64,000 nt of DNA, from contig JBGSVZ010000047.1 of assembly GCA_041752695.1 (NCBI GenBank), positions 32,001-96,000 of the forward strand. Direction: 5' to 3'. Shown here piece after piece: positions 1 to 8,777 of the stretch. The DNA comes from Terrimicrobiaceae bacterium. Its GTDB lineage: Bacteria > Verrucomicrobiota > Verrucomicrobiia > Chthoniobacterales > Terrimicrobiaceae. Under the pieces are notes generated by a model, which saw only the letters and a program-made list of their open reading frames with translations, was not told where the DNA came from and did no database searches. Made by a program: the position numbers and the translations under genes. How positions within the stretch are numbered: position 1 is the first letter of the stretch; each line of letters begins with the position of its first letter.

Positions 1-384
1 GAGCGGATACCTGAGAGCTTGGAGCCGGACAATAAAAAGCTCCGGGATGCAATTGATGCCCTGAACGGATCGATCTTGGATGCTGGTAGGTCCGAACGGG
101 AGGCATTGATTAAAGAGGCAACGAAAGTCTTCATTCCGTTCTTTGGGTCGGAGGGCCACCTCGGCGGTGGGGGCACTTGCAACCCTTCACGAGTCGCGGC
201 GGAGAGCATGCCCCTACTTGCGAGCGTCGTCACAGACGGAACCACTTGCTTGGGCTGCGTAGTCAACTACGGAGGAACCCCGGAGGCGAAGGCTGAGAAC
301 TACATTGGCGAGGCATCCAAGTCGCTAGCCGTCGCGGAATCCTGGTTGAGGGCCGGCGGCAAGTTCGCTCAATACCTGAAATGA
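1..384 (+). CDS. Hypothetical protein of the element (probably 5'-truncated by the window edge)
   Basis: Frame is open from base 1 to TGA at 384 and overlaps the next ORF as ATGA. No recognisable motif. Confidence 0.5.
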   Translation, partial: ERIPESLEPDNKKLRDAIDALNGSILDAGRSEREALIKEATKVFIPFFGSEGHLGGGGTCNPSRVAAESMPLLASVVTDGTTCLGCVVNYGGTPEAKAENYIGEASKSLAVAESWLRAGGKFAQYLK

Positions 385-593
385 CCGATTTGGCAGAAAG
401 CGGGCCAAATGGTGGTGAAGGATTTGAGTCCCTGTCACCACCAGCCGCCGCAGGAGCCGTTTCATCTCCTGCGGCGGCACGCCTCGCCAAGCGCCAGAAA
501 ACACCGTTCCCGCTGTCTCGCCTCAAGCGCTTCACCAAAACGCCCTCCAGGCCACGGCGAAGCGCGGCGGATGGCATGCCTGAAATTTTCTAA
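381..593 (+). CDS. Small basic hypothetical protein
   Basis: 70 aa; ATGA coupling to the upstream ORF and a 3 bp gap to the next ORF. Confidence 0.4.
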   Translation: MTDLAESGPNGGEGFESLSPPAAAGAVSSPAAARLAKRQKTPFPLSRLKRFTKTPSRPRRSAADGMPEIF

Positions 594-596
594 ACC

Positions 597-1082
597 ATGA
601 ATCCAATATACTCGAACGGTCCCGACAGTCCTTCGCCTGAGATTCGGCCAGAGGCTTTAGCCGCCGCACAACGTATTGCTGAGCGTCTTCAGATGTCCCG
701 TCCCATCGCCCCTAGTTCCAGTATGGGCCACGACCTGAGATCATTTCTCGCGACGCTTTTCGGGATTCCGGCATCTTCTTCGGAAGAAGCGTTTTTAACG
801 GCGGCGCGGCAGTTCCTCAAAGCTATTGGTTCCGAGGTTTTCGACAGCGACAGCGATGAAGACGCCCTCTTGCGCTGGAGGCTACAAGATCTCCAGGCTG
901 AATTGAACCCGAACGAGATTGACCTTCAAGTGGCCAAAAATCTCGGCATCAGCGCCGAGGAGTGGAAGCGGGAGGCCCTCCGCCGTTTTGTCGCCCTGGC
1001 CACATCCGCCGACCTATCGCCGACCGACCGCGCCGTGGCCAAGCAACTCGGCCTTTCCCCAACGGAAATGGCCCTCGCCTAA
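597..1082 (+). CDS. Mu-like prohead scaffold-like protein (resembles the C-terminal part of gpI/gpZ, no protease domain)
   Basis: Two copies of the L-x(4-6)-VAK(Q/N)LG(I/L)SxEE/TE-type motif (EIDLQVAKNLGISAEEW; LSPTDRAVAKQLGLSPTEM) typical of Mu-like I-protein C-termini. Lies directly before a cement gene. Confidence 0.55.
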   Translation: MNPIYSNGPDSPSPEIRPEALAAAQRIAERLQMSRPIAPSSSMGHDLRSFLATLFGIPASSSEEAFLTAARQFLKAIGSEVFDSDSDEDALLRWRLQDLQAELNPNEIDLQVAKNLGISAEEWKREALRRFVALATSADLSPTDRAVAKQLGLSPTEMALA

Positions 1083-1106
1083 AATTCGACGAACCCAGAA
1101 AAATCT

Positions 1107-1619
1107 ATGTCAGCCGCAACTACAGGAATTAACACACCAACCCGGCCCGGAATTATCACCCGCTATCCGGTCGCCGCCTCTACAACCATCTACGGCGGAA
1201 CTCTTGCCGCGCTCAACTCGTCCGGGTTCCTCGTGCCGTCGGCGGATACCGCAGGCTTGCGAGTCATCGGCCGTGCCGAGGAAACCGTGAACAACAGCGG
1301 CGGAAGCGACGGCGATACCTCGTGCGATGTTCAAGAGGGTGTCTTCCTGTTGAACAACTCCGCCTCTGCCGCCGTCGATGCCGACGACCGCGGAAAGATC
1401 TGTTTCATTGAAGACGACAACACCGTGGCCGAAACCTCGACGCACAAGGTCAAAGCTGGCCGGGTCATCGATGTTGTAGAGGGAGGCGTGTGGGTGGATA
1501 CCCGCGCCGGCCAGCCCGCGCTGATTCCCGCAGCGGACACACTCACGGGAGCCGCCGACCTCACCGCGCTGAAAGCCGCGCTCATTCCCATTCTTCAGGG
1601 AGCCGGAATCGTAAAATAA
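1107..1619 (+). CDS. Phage capsid cement/decoration protein, Mu-like prophage type
   Basis: PVAASTTIYGGTL..., GRAEETVNNSGGSDGD, GKICFIEDDNTV and AGRVIDVVEGGVWVD match the small head protein that sits between the protease and major capsid genes in Mu-like phages. Confidence 0.75.
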   Translation: MSAATTGINTPTRPGIITRYPVAASTTIYGGTLAALNSSGFLVPSADTAGLRVIGRAEETVNNSGGSDGDTSCDVQEGVFLLNNSASAAVDADDRGKICFIEDDNTVAETSTHKVKAGRVIDVVEGGVWVDTRAGQPALIPAADTLTGAADLTALKAALIPILQGAGIVK

Positions 1620-1623
1620 TCTG

Positions 1624-2073
1624 ATGTCCAGAGAACCCTGCAAACCGCAATATTTGATGCTTCCCCATTCCTGGGAAAGCATCGTGGCTTTGCAGGGTCT
1701 CAGCGTCGCCCAGATCGAGGAAAGCATCGCGGCACAGCCCGCGCTCTCTCAAGAGCAAAAGGACGCCTTTGTGGCTCGTGTGGAAACGCTCATACGAATC
1801 GCACAAGGCGTTTACGGAGGATCCACATTTGCAGTCGCGAGCAAGCCGTTCCAGATCTCCAAGGCCACGATTTTTCGGTGGTTGCAAGCGTTCCAGAAAA
1901 AAGGGCTCTCAGGACTAATCCCGATATGCAAAAGGTGCAGTCCCAAGAACCTCGCGGGAAGGAAAGCGCCGACCGTCGAACAGATGCGTTCGAAAGCCAA
2001 AGCCGACATGGCCGACATTCTCGCAATGGCGCAACGCCAGGGAAAAGTCACCGTCTCAAAACCGGGCAAGTGA
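1624..2073 (+). CDS. Helix-turn-helix DNA-binding protein
   Basis: ISKATIFRWLQAFQKKGLSGLIP is a transposase-type homeodomain-like HTH. Confidence 0.65.
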   Translation: MSREPCKPQYLMLPHSWESIVALQGLSVAQIEESIAAQPALSQEQKDAFVARVETLIRIAQGVYGGSTFAVASKPFQISKATIFRWLQAFQKKGLSGLIPICKRCSPKNLAGRKAPTVEQMRSKAKADMADILAMAQRQGKVTVSKPGK

Positions 2074-4593
2074 ATGCAGGCGTTCACAGCATCTCAATTG
2101 GCTCGCACCCTCGGAAAAACCCGCCAAGCGGTCTCAAACGCTCTGGAAAAGCGGCCGCATGTAGTGTTGCAGCCTTGCGAAGATACGGGTTTTCAGACGG
2201 CCAACGGCTGGACGTTGGACAGTCTACCCGATGCCATGAAGGCCACCTTGGCCCGAATGGCGAACACCGGCGGATACAGAAGTGTTTCGGACCTGATTCT
2301 GAGCAGCCCACAAAAATTTGTGGCATCCACTCCGCTGGCTGAAGTCGGCCCGGAAATATTGCAGCGGGCGGCATCGCTCCGCGGACATTTTGCCCCCATC
2401 CTTCGCCAATCGGATCGCCTTTCCCTCCGCGAAATGGCAAGCCGGGCCCATCTTTCCATTGCCCGTGGCGGTGAACTGAGGCTGGAAAATCAGCGGACGC
2501 TGAGGGACCGAATCAGCCGCGTCATCGACCGGGCTGGGCGTCGGTCAGACTTCGATAATATCGACATTTACGTTGAGGAGTTTCTCAAACCAAGTGGAGA
2601 GGAGGCCCCGGCGTCTAGGTCATCAAATGCCTGTCCAAACCTGGCTTTCTCTCTGCGAGAATATAGCGAGGAGAATAAGGTTCTTTGCCTCGGACAAATC
2701 TTTGAGGCGTCCCGAAAAGATTTCGATGCCCTGAAGGAGCGGATTGGCCAGAGGAAGGCCAAGGCTAAAATCCTCAATTTATTGGCGGCCAGTGGGATCG
2801 ATTTCGCTCCCACCCGGAATGCGCTTCGAGTCCGGCTCGATACCGTTTTTTCTCGGATGGACGATGGGTTGGCCGGAATCGAATTGATTCATCCCCCCTC
2901 CATTAGAAATCGAGGAGGCGCTCCGCTCGCCACGCTGAACGACGAGGAACTGAAGGAAGCGCGCAGACTTTACATTCAATTGGGCAGTAGATCGGCGGCC
3001 CTGCGCATGTTGGCGGCAAATCCCATTTGTCGGCAAGAAGTGGCCGATGTGATCCTGATGAAGCGCAGCTCAAAACACGCGATCACGCCGACGCTTCACG
3101 CTCAACTCTCGGCGATTCCGCAGGCTGTTCGCGACTATTACAAGTCCCCGACAAAGGTAAAACGAGAGGCATTCATCACGCCACGGACGAAAACGTTCCT
3201 CACCAGCCGCGGTGAGCAGGAAATTCTTCCCGGCATGCTCTGCGAGCGCGACGATATGTCGAACAACTTCATTTTCTGGATCGACTGGCCATGGGGCGGC
3301 GATCCGTGTTCCGAAAAATACGGCGTCCGCATCGCCCGGGGGCAAAACCTCATGCACATTGACGTTGGAAGTCTGCGCTTTCTCTCTCGCCTGATGCTCG
3401 TTCGCCAGCGCGACTCCTACCGCGCCGACGACATCTGGCAATGGGTTGGCCAAACCTACCGCGACCTTGGAATCCCGGAAATCGGTGAACGATGGGAACG
3501 TGGCATCTGGCAGGCAAAAAAACTCCAGGGCGACCCAACCGCCACTTTCGAGCCCGGTCACACAGACCAGGAAGCCCGCCTTGGCGGCATCAAGGCTCTT
3601 GGTCGCCAGATCATTGTGAGCCAATCGCCGACGACCAAAATCATCGAAAATCGCTTCCGGTATTTCCAACGGGTCTGCAACACCATCCCCGGACAGATCG
3701 GCGCGAGCCGTGGCGAGATGGAGAAGGTGAACAAGCTGTGGACGGAATGCCGCCAAGGTCGCCGCGATCCCCGCGATTACTTCCTCTCGTACCCTGACGC
3801 CTGCGCACAAATTGACGCCAAGATCCAGTGGGTGAACTCCGAACCCGTCGAAGGTGCGATCTACAACGGGATTCCTCATGAAATCTGGCAGCGAGAGGGA
3901 GGAGACCAGCGAATGACGCGCTTGCGCCCAGAACAAGCCTACCTGTTCAGCCGCGACCGCACCGTCGTGACTGTCACCAAGGGCCACGCCTTAATGCGTG
4001 TGACAGCTCCCGACAAACGACGCCAAGCCTGGTATTTTTATCAGAAGGATCTTTGGCGCTTCGAGGGCCACAAGGTCGCCCTTTATCTCGACAAATATGC
4101 ACCTGACGCCGGCGCAACCATCGTCCAAGCCGAAGGCCGCGACATCAACCAACTCATCGGCCACGCCGAGTTTGTCGATGGCTGCCCCCAATTCGCCCTT
4201 GGCCTCGCAGTCGGAACCGACGACACACGCGGAGCCGACGCCCTCGACCGGCGGAAAGCCTTCACAAACGCCGTCCAGGCCGACTATCGGGCCCTCGGTC
4301 TCACCCACACCATAGCAAAGGGAACCTATGCCTCCGATGGGCGCGGGGCTTCGAAATCAGTCGAGAGAAATTCGCAGCCGAACTTTCGCGAGACCTCCGC
4401 GGACGAAGCTTTCGAAAAGGCTCATTCGGCTCGCATTTCCGACGCCGAAATGGATGCCTCCTCAGAGGCGGCCGAGAAAGGATATTTTGAGTTGATCCGA
4501 CAGGGGCGGGAAAGCCTCCCACTCGATGCCGGAATAGTGGCTCGATATACCGAGTTCGAAAAACGCCGTAAGTTAGAAACCGCATCTGCATGA
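2074..4593 (+). CDS. Mu-like DDE transposase (MuA/TnsB superfamily)
   Basis: 839 aa. N-terminal HTH (FTASQLARTLGKTRQAV), RNase H-like core (CERDD..., WERGIW, KIIENRF) and a C-terminal beta-barrel-like region. Coupled to an ATPase gene. Confidence 0.8.
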   Translation: MQAFTASQLARTLGKTRQAVSNALEKRPHVVLQPCEDTGFQTANGWTLDSLPDAMKATLARMANTGGYRSVSDLILSSPQKFVASTPLAEVGPEILQRAASLRGHFAPILRQSDRLSLREMASRAHLSIARGGELRLENQRTLRDRISRVIDRAGRRSDFDNIDIYVEEFLKPSGEEAPASRSSNACPNLAFSLREYSEENKVLCLGQIFEASRKDFDALKERIGQRKAKAKILNLLAASGIDFAPTRNALRVRLDTVFSRMDDGLAGIELIHPPSIRNRGGAPLATLNDEELKEARRLYIQLGSRSAALRMLAANPICRQEVADVILMKRSSKHAITPTLHAQLSAIPQAVRDYYKSPTKVKREAFITPRTKTFLTSRGEQEILPGMLCERDDMSNNFIFWIDWPWGGDPCSEKYGVRIARGQNLMHIDVGSLRFLSRLMLVRQRDSYRADDIWQWVGQTYRDLGIPEIGERWERGIWQAKKLQGDPTATFEPGHTDQEARLGGIKALGRQIIVSQSPTTKIIENRFRYFQRVCNTIPGQIGASRGEMEKVNKLWTECRQGRRDPRDYFLSYPDACAQIDAKIQWVNSEPVEGAIYNGIPHEIWQREGGDQRMTRLRPEQAYLFSRDRTVVTVTKGHALMRVTAPDKRRQAWYFYQKDLWRFEGHKVALYLDKYAPDAGATIVQAEGRDINQLIGHAEFVDGCPQFALGLAVGTDDTRGADALDRRKAFTNAVQADYRALGLTHTIAKGTYASDGRGASKSVERNSQPNFRETSADEAFEKAHSARISDAEMDASSEAAEKGYFELIRQGRESLPLDAGIVARYTEFEKRRKLETASA

Positions 4594-5927
4594 GTTCGAC
4601 ACGGGCAGCTTCAGATAATTCTGTCATCCGGCAGGAACGGTTTGCATCGAGCCCCGACTTGCGGGGCGATTTTCTTCTGGCAAATCTGGTGGCCAAGCGA
4701 TGCGCCACGATTACGGACCCGGCGCGTCGACGGTTGGTTCTTTGGATTCAGGAAATGAGCACTCGTTTCGGCTTCGAGACGCACCCAACATGCTCGCAGT
4801 TTGACGCCTGGCCACTGCCCTTCCCAAAGGCCTACAAAGGCGAGTCTGGCCTGGATCTTCTCGCGCTGGAGCTGGTCGAGCGTTCCAATCTCGAACCCCA
4901 TTTCGGAAACCGTGACGCGGCCAAACATTGGCTCATTCAGCTTGCCTTGGACCCAAGCAATGCGGCGTTCGACTTTTCGCAGAAATTCACTAAAATTGAG
5001 CGTCCCGAAAAGCTCCTGAATTTCATTATGGGCGACGTGCTTGCCGCTCCGTACTCCAAGGTCGCAGAAACCTGTACTAAGGCTGCTCTTTGGGATTTGC
5101 TCGACTACTGCCGCGAGAGCAGGAGCCTATGCCTGGCCGTCGGCCAATATCGGATCGGAAAAAGCCGCTCAGCCCAAGGATGGGCTCTCTGTCGTGGCGG
5201 TGGCGAGGCCCGGTACGTGTCTCTTACTTCGTCGCCGACTCAAGAGGCTTTCTTCCGGCAGATCGGCCGTAGCATTGGCGTGGCAACTTCTCTAAACTTG
5301 AAGGCGGGCGAGATTGCTGAGCGCATCACCAGTACACTCGCCGAGCGTCGAATAATGCTCATTTTGGACGAAGGCCAGTTTCTTTTGCCCCAAACGTTGA
5401 GAACCAAACAGGCCCCAGCGCGGATTACCTGGCTGATCTCGACTCTTTGCAACGCCCGCGTCCCGGTCTGTATTGTGGCCAATCAGGACTGGCACCGATT
5501 GCTGACTTGCCTCAAACGGGCAGTCTCTTGGTTCGGTTTTGAACAGTGGGAAGGCCGACTGCATCGCTCCGTGGATTTGCCGATCTCCCTTACGGAAACC
5601 GATCTTCGTAGTGTTGCCCAGCAACTCGCACCGGAGGCAGATAAAGCGACCCTCACCCTTCTGGCAGCCTGCGCTCTCAGACACTCTGGTCACATTGCAA
5701 CTATCGAGCATGTTGTCGAACTGGCCCGGCATCTGGCCAAAGCGCAAGGCGCATCGTTCGATTTCGATTTCTGCCAATTGGCTTACGCCGAGATCGATAA
5801 AAGCTTTCAGCCCCGGTTTGCCCCGAAGCCTTTGCGGATCGTCCGCAGTGGCTCCGCGGCTCTTCCGCGACCCGATTCCGAACGCAAAGTACAAGACCCC
5901 GCCCCCGGCGCTCTTTTCGCCTTGTAG
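4590..5927 (+). CDS. AAA+ ATPase, MuB/TnsC-like transposition protein
   Basis: Walker A GQYRIGKS and Walker B MLILDEGQ; ATGA overlap with the transposase. Confidence 0.85.
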   Translation: MSSTRAASDNSVIRQERFASSPDLRGDFLLANLVAKRCATITDPARRRLVLWIQEMSTRFGFETHPTCSQFDAWPLPFPKAYKGESGLDLLALELVERSNLEPHFGNRDAAKHWLIQLALDPSNAAFDFSQKFTKIERPEKLLNFIMGDVLAAPYSKVAETCTKAALWDLLDYCRESRSLCLAVGQYRIGKSRSAQGWALCRGGGEARYVSLTSSPTQEAFFRQIGRSIGVATSLNLKAGEIAERITSTLAERRIMLILDEGQFLLPQTLRTKQAPARITWLISTLCNARVPVCIVANQDWHRLLTCLKRAVSWFGFEQWEGRLHRSVDLPISLTETDLRSVAQQLAPEADKATLTLLAACALRHSGHIATIEHVVELARHLAKAQGASFDFDFCQLAYAEIDKSFQPRFAPKPLRIVRSGSAALPRPDSERKVQDPAPGALFAL

Positions 5928-6071
5928 CGTTCAAAACCTAAAGTTTCCGAAAAGCTGCACGCAACAGTTGCGTGACGGCCTGAGAGTCCACGCCTTGGTG
6001 AAGTGGGCGGTGGGGGGTGCAACTTGCGCAAGGCTACGGACGAGGGTTACATCCGACTCTGGAGAAAAAAA

Positions 6072-6145
6072 TGCACCCGGCGGGGGTCGAACCCACAACC
6101 TACGGCTTCGGAGGCCGGCACTCTATCCAATTGAGCTACGGGTGC
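6072..6145 (-). tRNA. tRNA-Arg(CCG)
   Basis: Reverse complement GCACCCGTAGCTCAATTGGATAGAG...CTCCGAA...GGTTCGACCCCCGCCGGGTGCA forms a cloverleaf with anticodon CCG. CCA not encoded. Confidence 0.95.
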
Positions 6146-6224
6146 GCAGGTCGGAGAGACTCGCGTATTCTTTCGCAGGAATCAAGAGCTTGATTTTACG
6201 GGTTTTCAGCGGTGGACTGTGTCC

Positions 6225-6923
6225 ATGAAAAAGCTCCTCCTCGTTCTGGCGGTTAGTCTCGGTGCAGCCCACGCGCAGACGGAGGAGGCGGTGAAGTCCG
6301 CTTTTGGAAAAGGCGAGGGGGTCAATGGCGAGGTACTCGCCCTGGCCGTGCAGGCCGATGGAAAAGTGGTGATTGGGGGAAAATTCAGTTCGGTGAATGG
6401 CGTTCCCCGTAACAATATCGCGCGGCTGAATCCTGATGGCACGCTCGACCGGACGTTTGCCGACACGGTGCAGGCTGGGGTGAACGGGCAGGTGAACGCC
6501 CTGGTCATCCAGCCGGCGGGCGGTGTGGTCGTCGGCGGCCAGTTCAACCAGATCGGCAATGTGGAGGCGATGAACCTTGGCCGCTACAACGTGGATGGCA
6601 CTCCCGATAAAACCTTCGGAGTGGCACCCGGTCAGGAGTCTGGTGCCAATGGCGTCGTTTTTGCCCTCACCGTGCAGGCGGACGGCAAGATCGTCGTCGG
6701 GGGGAATTTTAGCACCGTCTTCGGGCAACCCCGCCGCAGTGTGGCCCGGTTGAACACAGACAATACTCTCGATGCGGTCATTATTTCCCAGACTGCAGTT
6801 TCTGGGCCGGTGCGCGCCCTGGCCGGCACGCCGGACAATACCTTCGTGGCAGGCGGACAGTTCACAGTGCAAAACCAGGTCGCCCGAAACTTGCTGAAGC
6901 CCGCCCCGCTTGGGGTCGAATAG
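6225..6923 (+). CDS. Secreted delta-60 repeat (DUF5122-type beta-propeller) protein
   Basis: Signal peptide MKKLLLVLAVSLGAAHA; repeats of LAVQADGKVVIGGxF...RLNxDGTLD. Confidence 0.85.
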   Translation: MKKLLLVLAVSLGAAHAQTEEAVKSAFGKGEGVNGEVLALAVQADGKVVIGGKFSSVNGVPRNNIARLNPDGTLDRTFADTVQAGVNGQVNALVIQPAGGVVVGGQFNQIGNVEAMNLGRYNVDGTPDKTFGVAPGQESGANGVVFALTVQADGKIVVGGNFSTVFGQPRRSVARLNTDNTLDAVIISQTAVSGPVRALAGTPDNTFVAGGQFTVQNQVARNLLKPAPLGVE

Positions 6924-6935
6924 CGGGTCAGGTGA

Positions 6936-8390
6936 TTACGGTGCCTGGCGGCGTTCCTGACGGTTCTGTTGGAACTGTTGGCGCTGCTGCTGGAGTTGCT
7001 GTTGCAAGGATTGTTGCTGGCGCTGGTTTTCCTGTTGCTGGCGTGCCGCCTCCTGTTGATTTTGCCGGGCCGTTTCCCGCCGGGCCTCGACCTCCTGTTG
7101 GGCGCGGGCGGCTTTTTCGCGGAGTTCGGCGGCGCGTTGCTGGCGGGCGGTTTCCTCTCCCTGCTGTTGCTGACGGAGGGCTTGTTGTTGCTGTTGGGCC
7201 TGTTCCTGCTGGCGGCTGAGGTCAGCTTGCCGGGCGTCCCGTTCCTCCTCCTGGCGCTGCTTGAGGATTCGGGCTCGCAGCTCCTCCTCGCGGTTCGTTT
7301 GTTGCCCGACGGCGGGCTGGTCGCGGGGAAGGACCTGGGGTTCCCTCGGGGGCTCCCGCATCGCCGGGGTTGCGGCAGGCGGCCGCCCATCGGAGCGCCC
7401 GACCTCAGAATTACGCCGGGTGTTGGGCTGGGGTGTCGCAGGAGGCGGGTCTAAGTTCGGCGGGGCGACCGCCGTGGAAACCGGACGGTTGGCGCGGCGG
7501 GCGTCTCCCTGAATTTTTTCGCGATATTCTGCTGCGAGGGCTGGGTTCAGGCCGGCTCCTTCCCAGCCACGGTTGATTTGCCCGCGGCTGGCGCGGCCTG
7601 CGATTTTAACCGGGCGGGCGTCTTGTTTTTCCACCCGTGGAGAGGGAATCTTCAGCGTATCCCCTTCGAGCCGACTTTTCACTCGGCCCTGACGAAGGGC
7701 TGTGACGTCAAGGCTGGTTTCACGCTCGAGTCGGACCCGGCGAATTGGCGTGTGGGCACGTCGATTGATCACGGTGATATCCGGACCATCGTTGATGATG
7801 ATATTGTTAACGTGGCGGATCCGGGTGATGTTGACGGTCAGATTGATGATGGTGATGTTGCTGCGCCAAGGCAGACACACGGTCCGCAGGCGCGGCGCGC
7901 CGAAGTAGGTGACCGGACAGAACGCATACCAATCCGGCCCGATTCCATAGTCCACATCCACGTATGCCCCAAATCCGATCGAATCTTCCCAGACCGCTTC
8001 GGGGGGAAGCGCGGCCCAGCCGATATAGTCGTCGCTCGTGCGCCATGAGACCCAGGCTGGCCCCCACTCGTAGCCAGGTACCCAGACCCAGCCCCAATTT
8101 TGCAACTTGGTCCAGCGACCATAGTGGTAGGTCGCCCAGCCCCACGGTTCATTGGAAAACCAGGTGTATCCGGCCTCGGTGTAAACCCACTGACCATCAG
8201 TGTAGGGACGCCAGTGATCGTCCACGAAGGGTCGCCAGCAGTAGCCGTAGTCGTCCAGTTCCACCCAATCTCCGTGGGGGGTCAGGGCATCATAAAAATC
8301 CTGAAAGGTAATGTCGGTGTCGGCCGGGGCTTGCGACGGGACGAGGGCGAGCGCGGCGGCGGCGAGAAGGGGAAGCAGACCGGATTTCAT
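6936..8390 (-). CDS. Secreted DUF6600-type protein with a Gln/Arg-rich C-terminal tail
   Basis: Signal peptide; FYDALTPHGDW...WRPYTDGQW...WGWATYHYGRW...WGPAWVSWR signature; polyQ-rich tail. Confidence 0.85.
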   Translation of the reverse strand: MKSGLLPLLAAAALALVPSQAPADTDITFQDFYDALTPHGDWVELDDYGYCWRPFVDDHWRPYTDGQWVYTEAGYTWFSNEPWGWATYHYGRWTKLQNWGWVWVPGYEWGPAWVSWRTSDDYIGWAALPPEAVWEDSIGFGAYVDVDYGIGPDWYAFCPVTYFGAPRLRTVCLPWRSNITIINLTVNITRIRHVNNIIINDGPDITVINRRAHTPIRRVRLERETSLDVTALRQGRVKSRLEGDTLKIPSPRVEKQDARPVKIAGRASRGQINRGWEGAGLNPALAAEYREKIQGDARRANRPVSTAVAPPNLDPPPATPQPNTRRNSEVGRSDGRPPAATPAMREPPREPQVLPRDQPAVGQQTNREEELRARILKQRQEEERDARQADLSRQQEQAQQQQQALRQQQQGEETARQQRAAELREKAARAQQEVEARRETARQNQQEAARQQQENQRQQQSLQQQLQQQRQQFQQNRQERRQAP

Positions 8391-8498
8391 AGCGGCGGGT
8401 TTGGAGGTTTGACGGAACTTGAGGTGGCCGTATTCACCAAAAACTACCCCGTTGAGGCCTCCACGGCAAATTTCTCTGCAAAAGGGGCGTTTTTCATT

Positions 8499-8526
8499 TT
8501 GACACGCGAGGGGCCTTTGATAGTTT
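8499..8526 (+). promoter_or_regulatory. Probable sigma70 promoter of the tRNA-Thr/tuf operon
   Basis: TTGACA (8499-8504), 16 bp spacer ending in TGn, TAGTTT (8521-8526). Confidence 0.55.
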
Positions 8527-8656
8527 TCCCGTCCCTGCTGTTCCAGGGGACAAGGCGCTAACCGTTTCCACATGGAGTGAAGACGGGTAGGGTCCTGCAC
8601 CCTTTTTCGGCCGGGAAAAACAGATGCGCCCGTTCTTTCAGGCTTCGGCCACATAC

Positions 8657-8732
<76 letters not shown>

Positions 8733-8777
8733 ACCCAGGAACCGGCCTCTGTTAAAAACCCTTAAGCAACCCTAAAG

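Larger units (their letters stand above)
1..6051 (+). mobile_element. Right part of an integrated Mu-like transposable element or satellite (left end outside the window)
   Basis: Co-oriented, tightly packed genes for Mu-like head accessory proteins, a DDE transposase and an AAA+ ATPase. Candidate terminal ...GGTTACA at 6045-6051 next to a tRNA 3' end; the boundary is inferred. Confidence 0.7.

Noticed and set aside
2074..5927. CRISPR-associated or canonical Tn7 transposon
   Set aside because: No cas, TniQ/TnsD or TnsA genes and no CRISPR array in the window; the linked genes are phage head-like.
6936..7300. CTG/TTG-rich repetitive DNA as a possible array
   Set aside because: Explained by the Gln-rich coding tail on the minus strand; no repeat-spacer structure.
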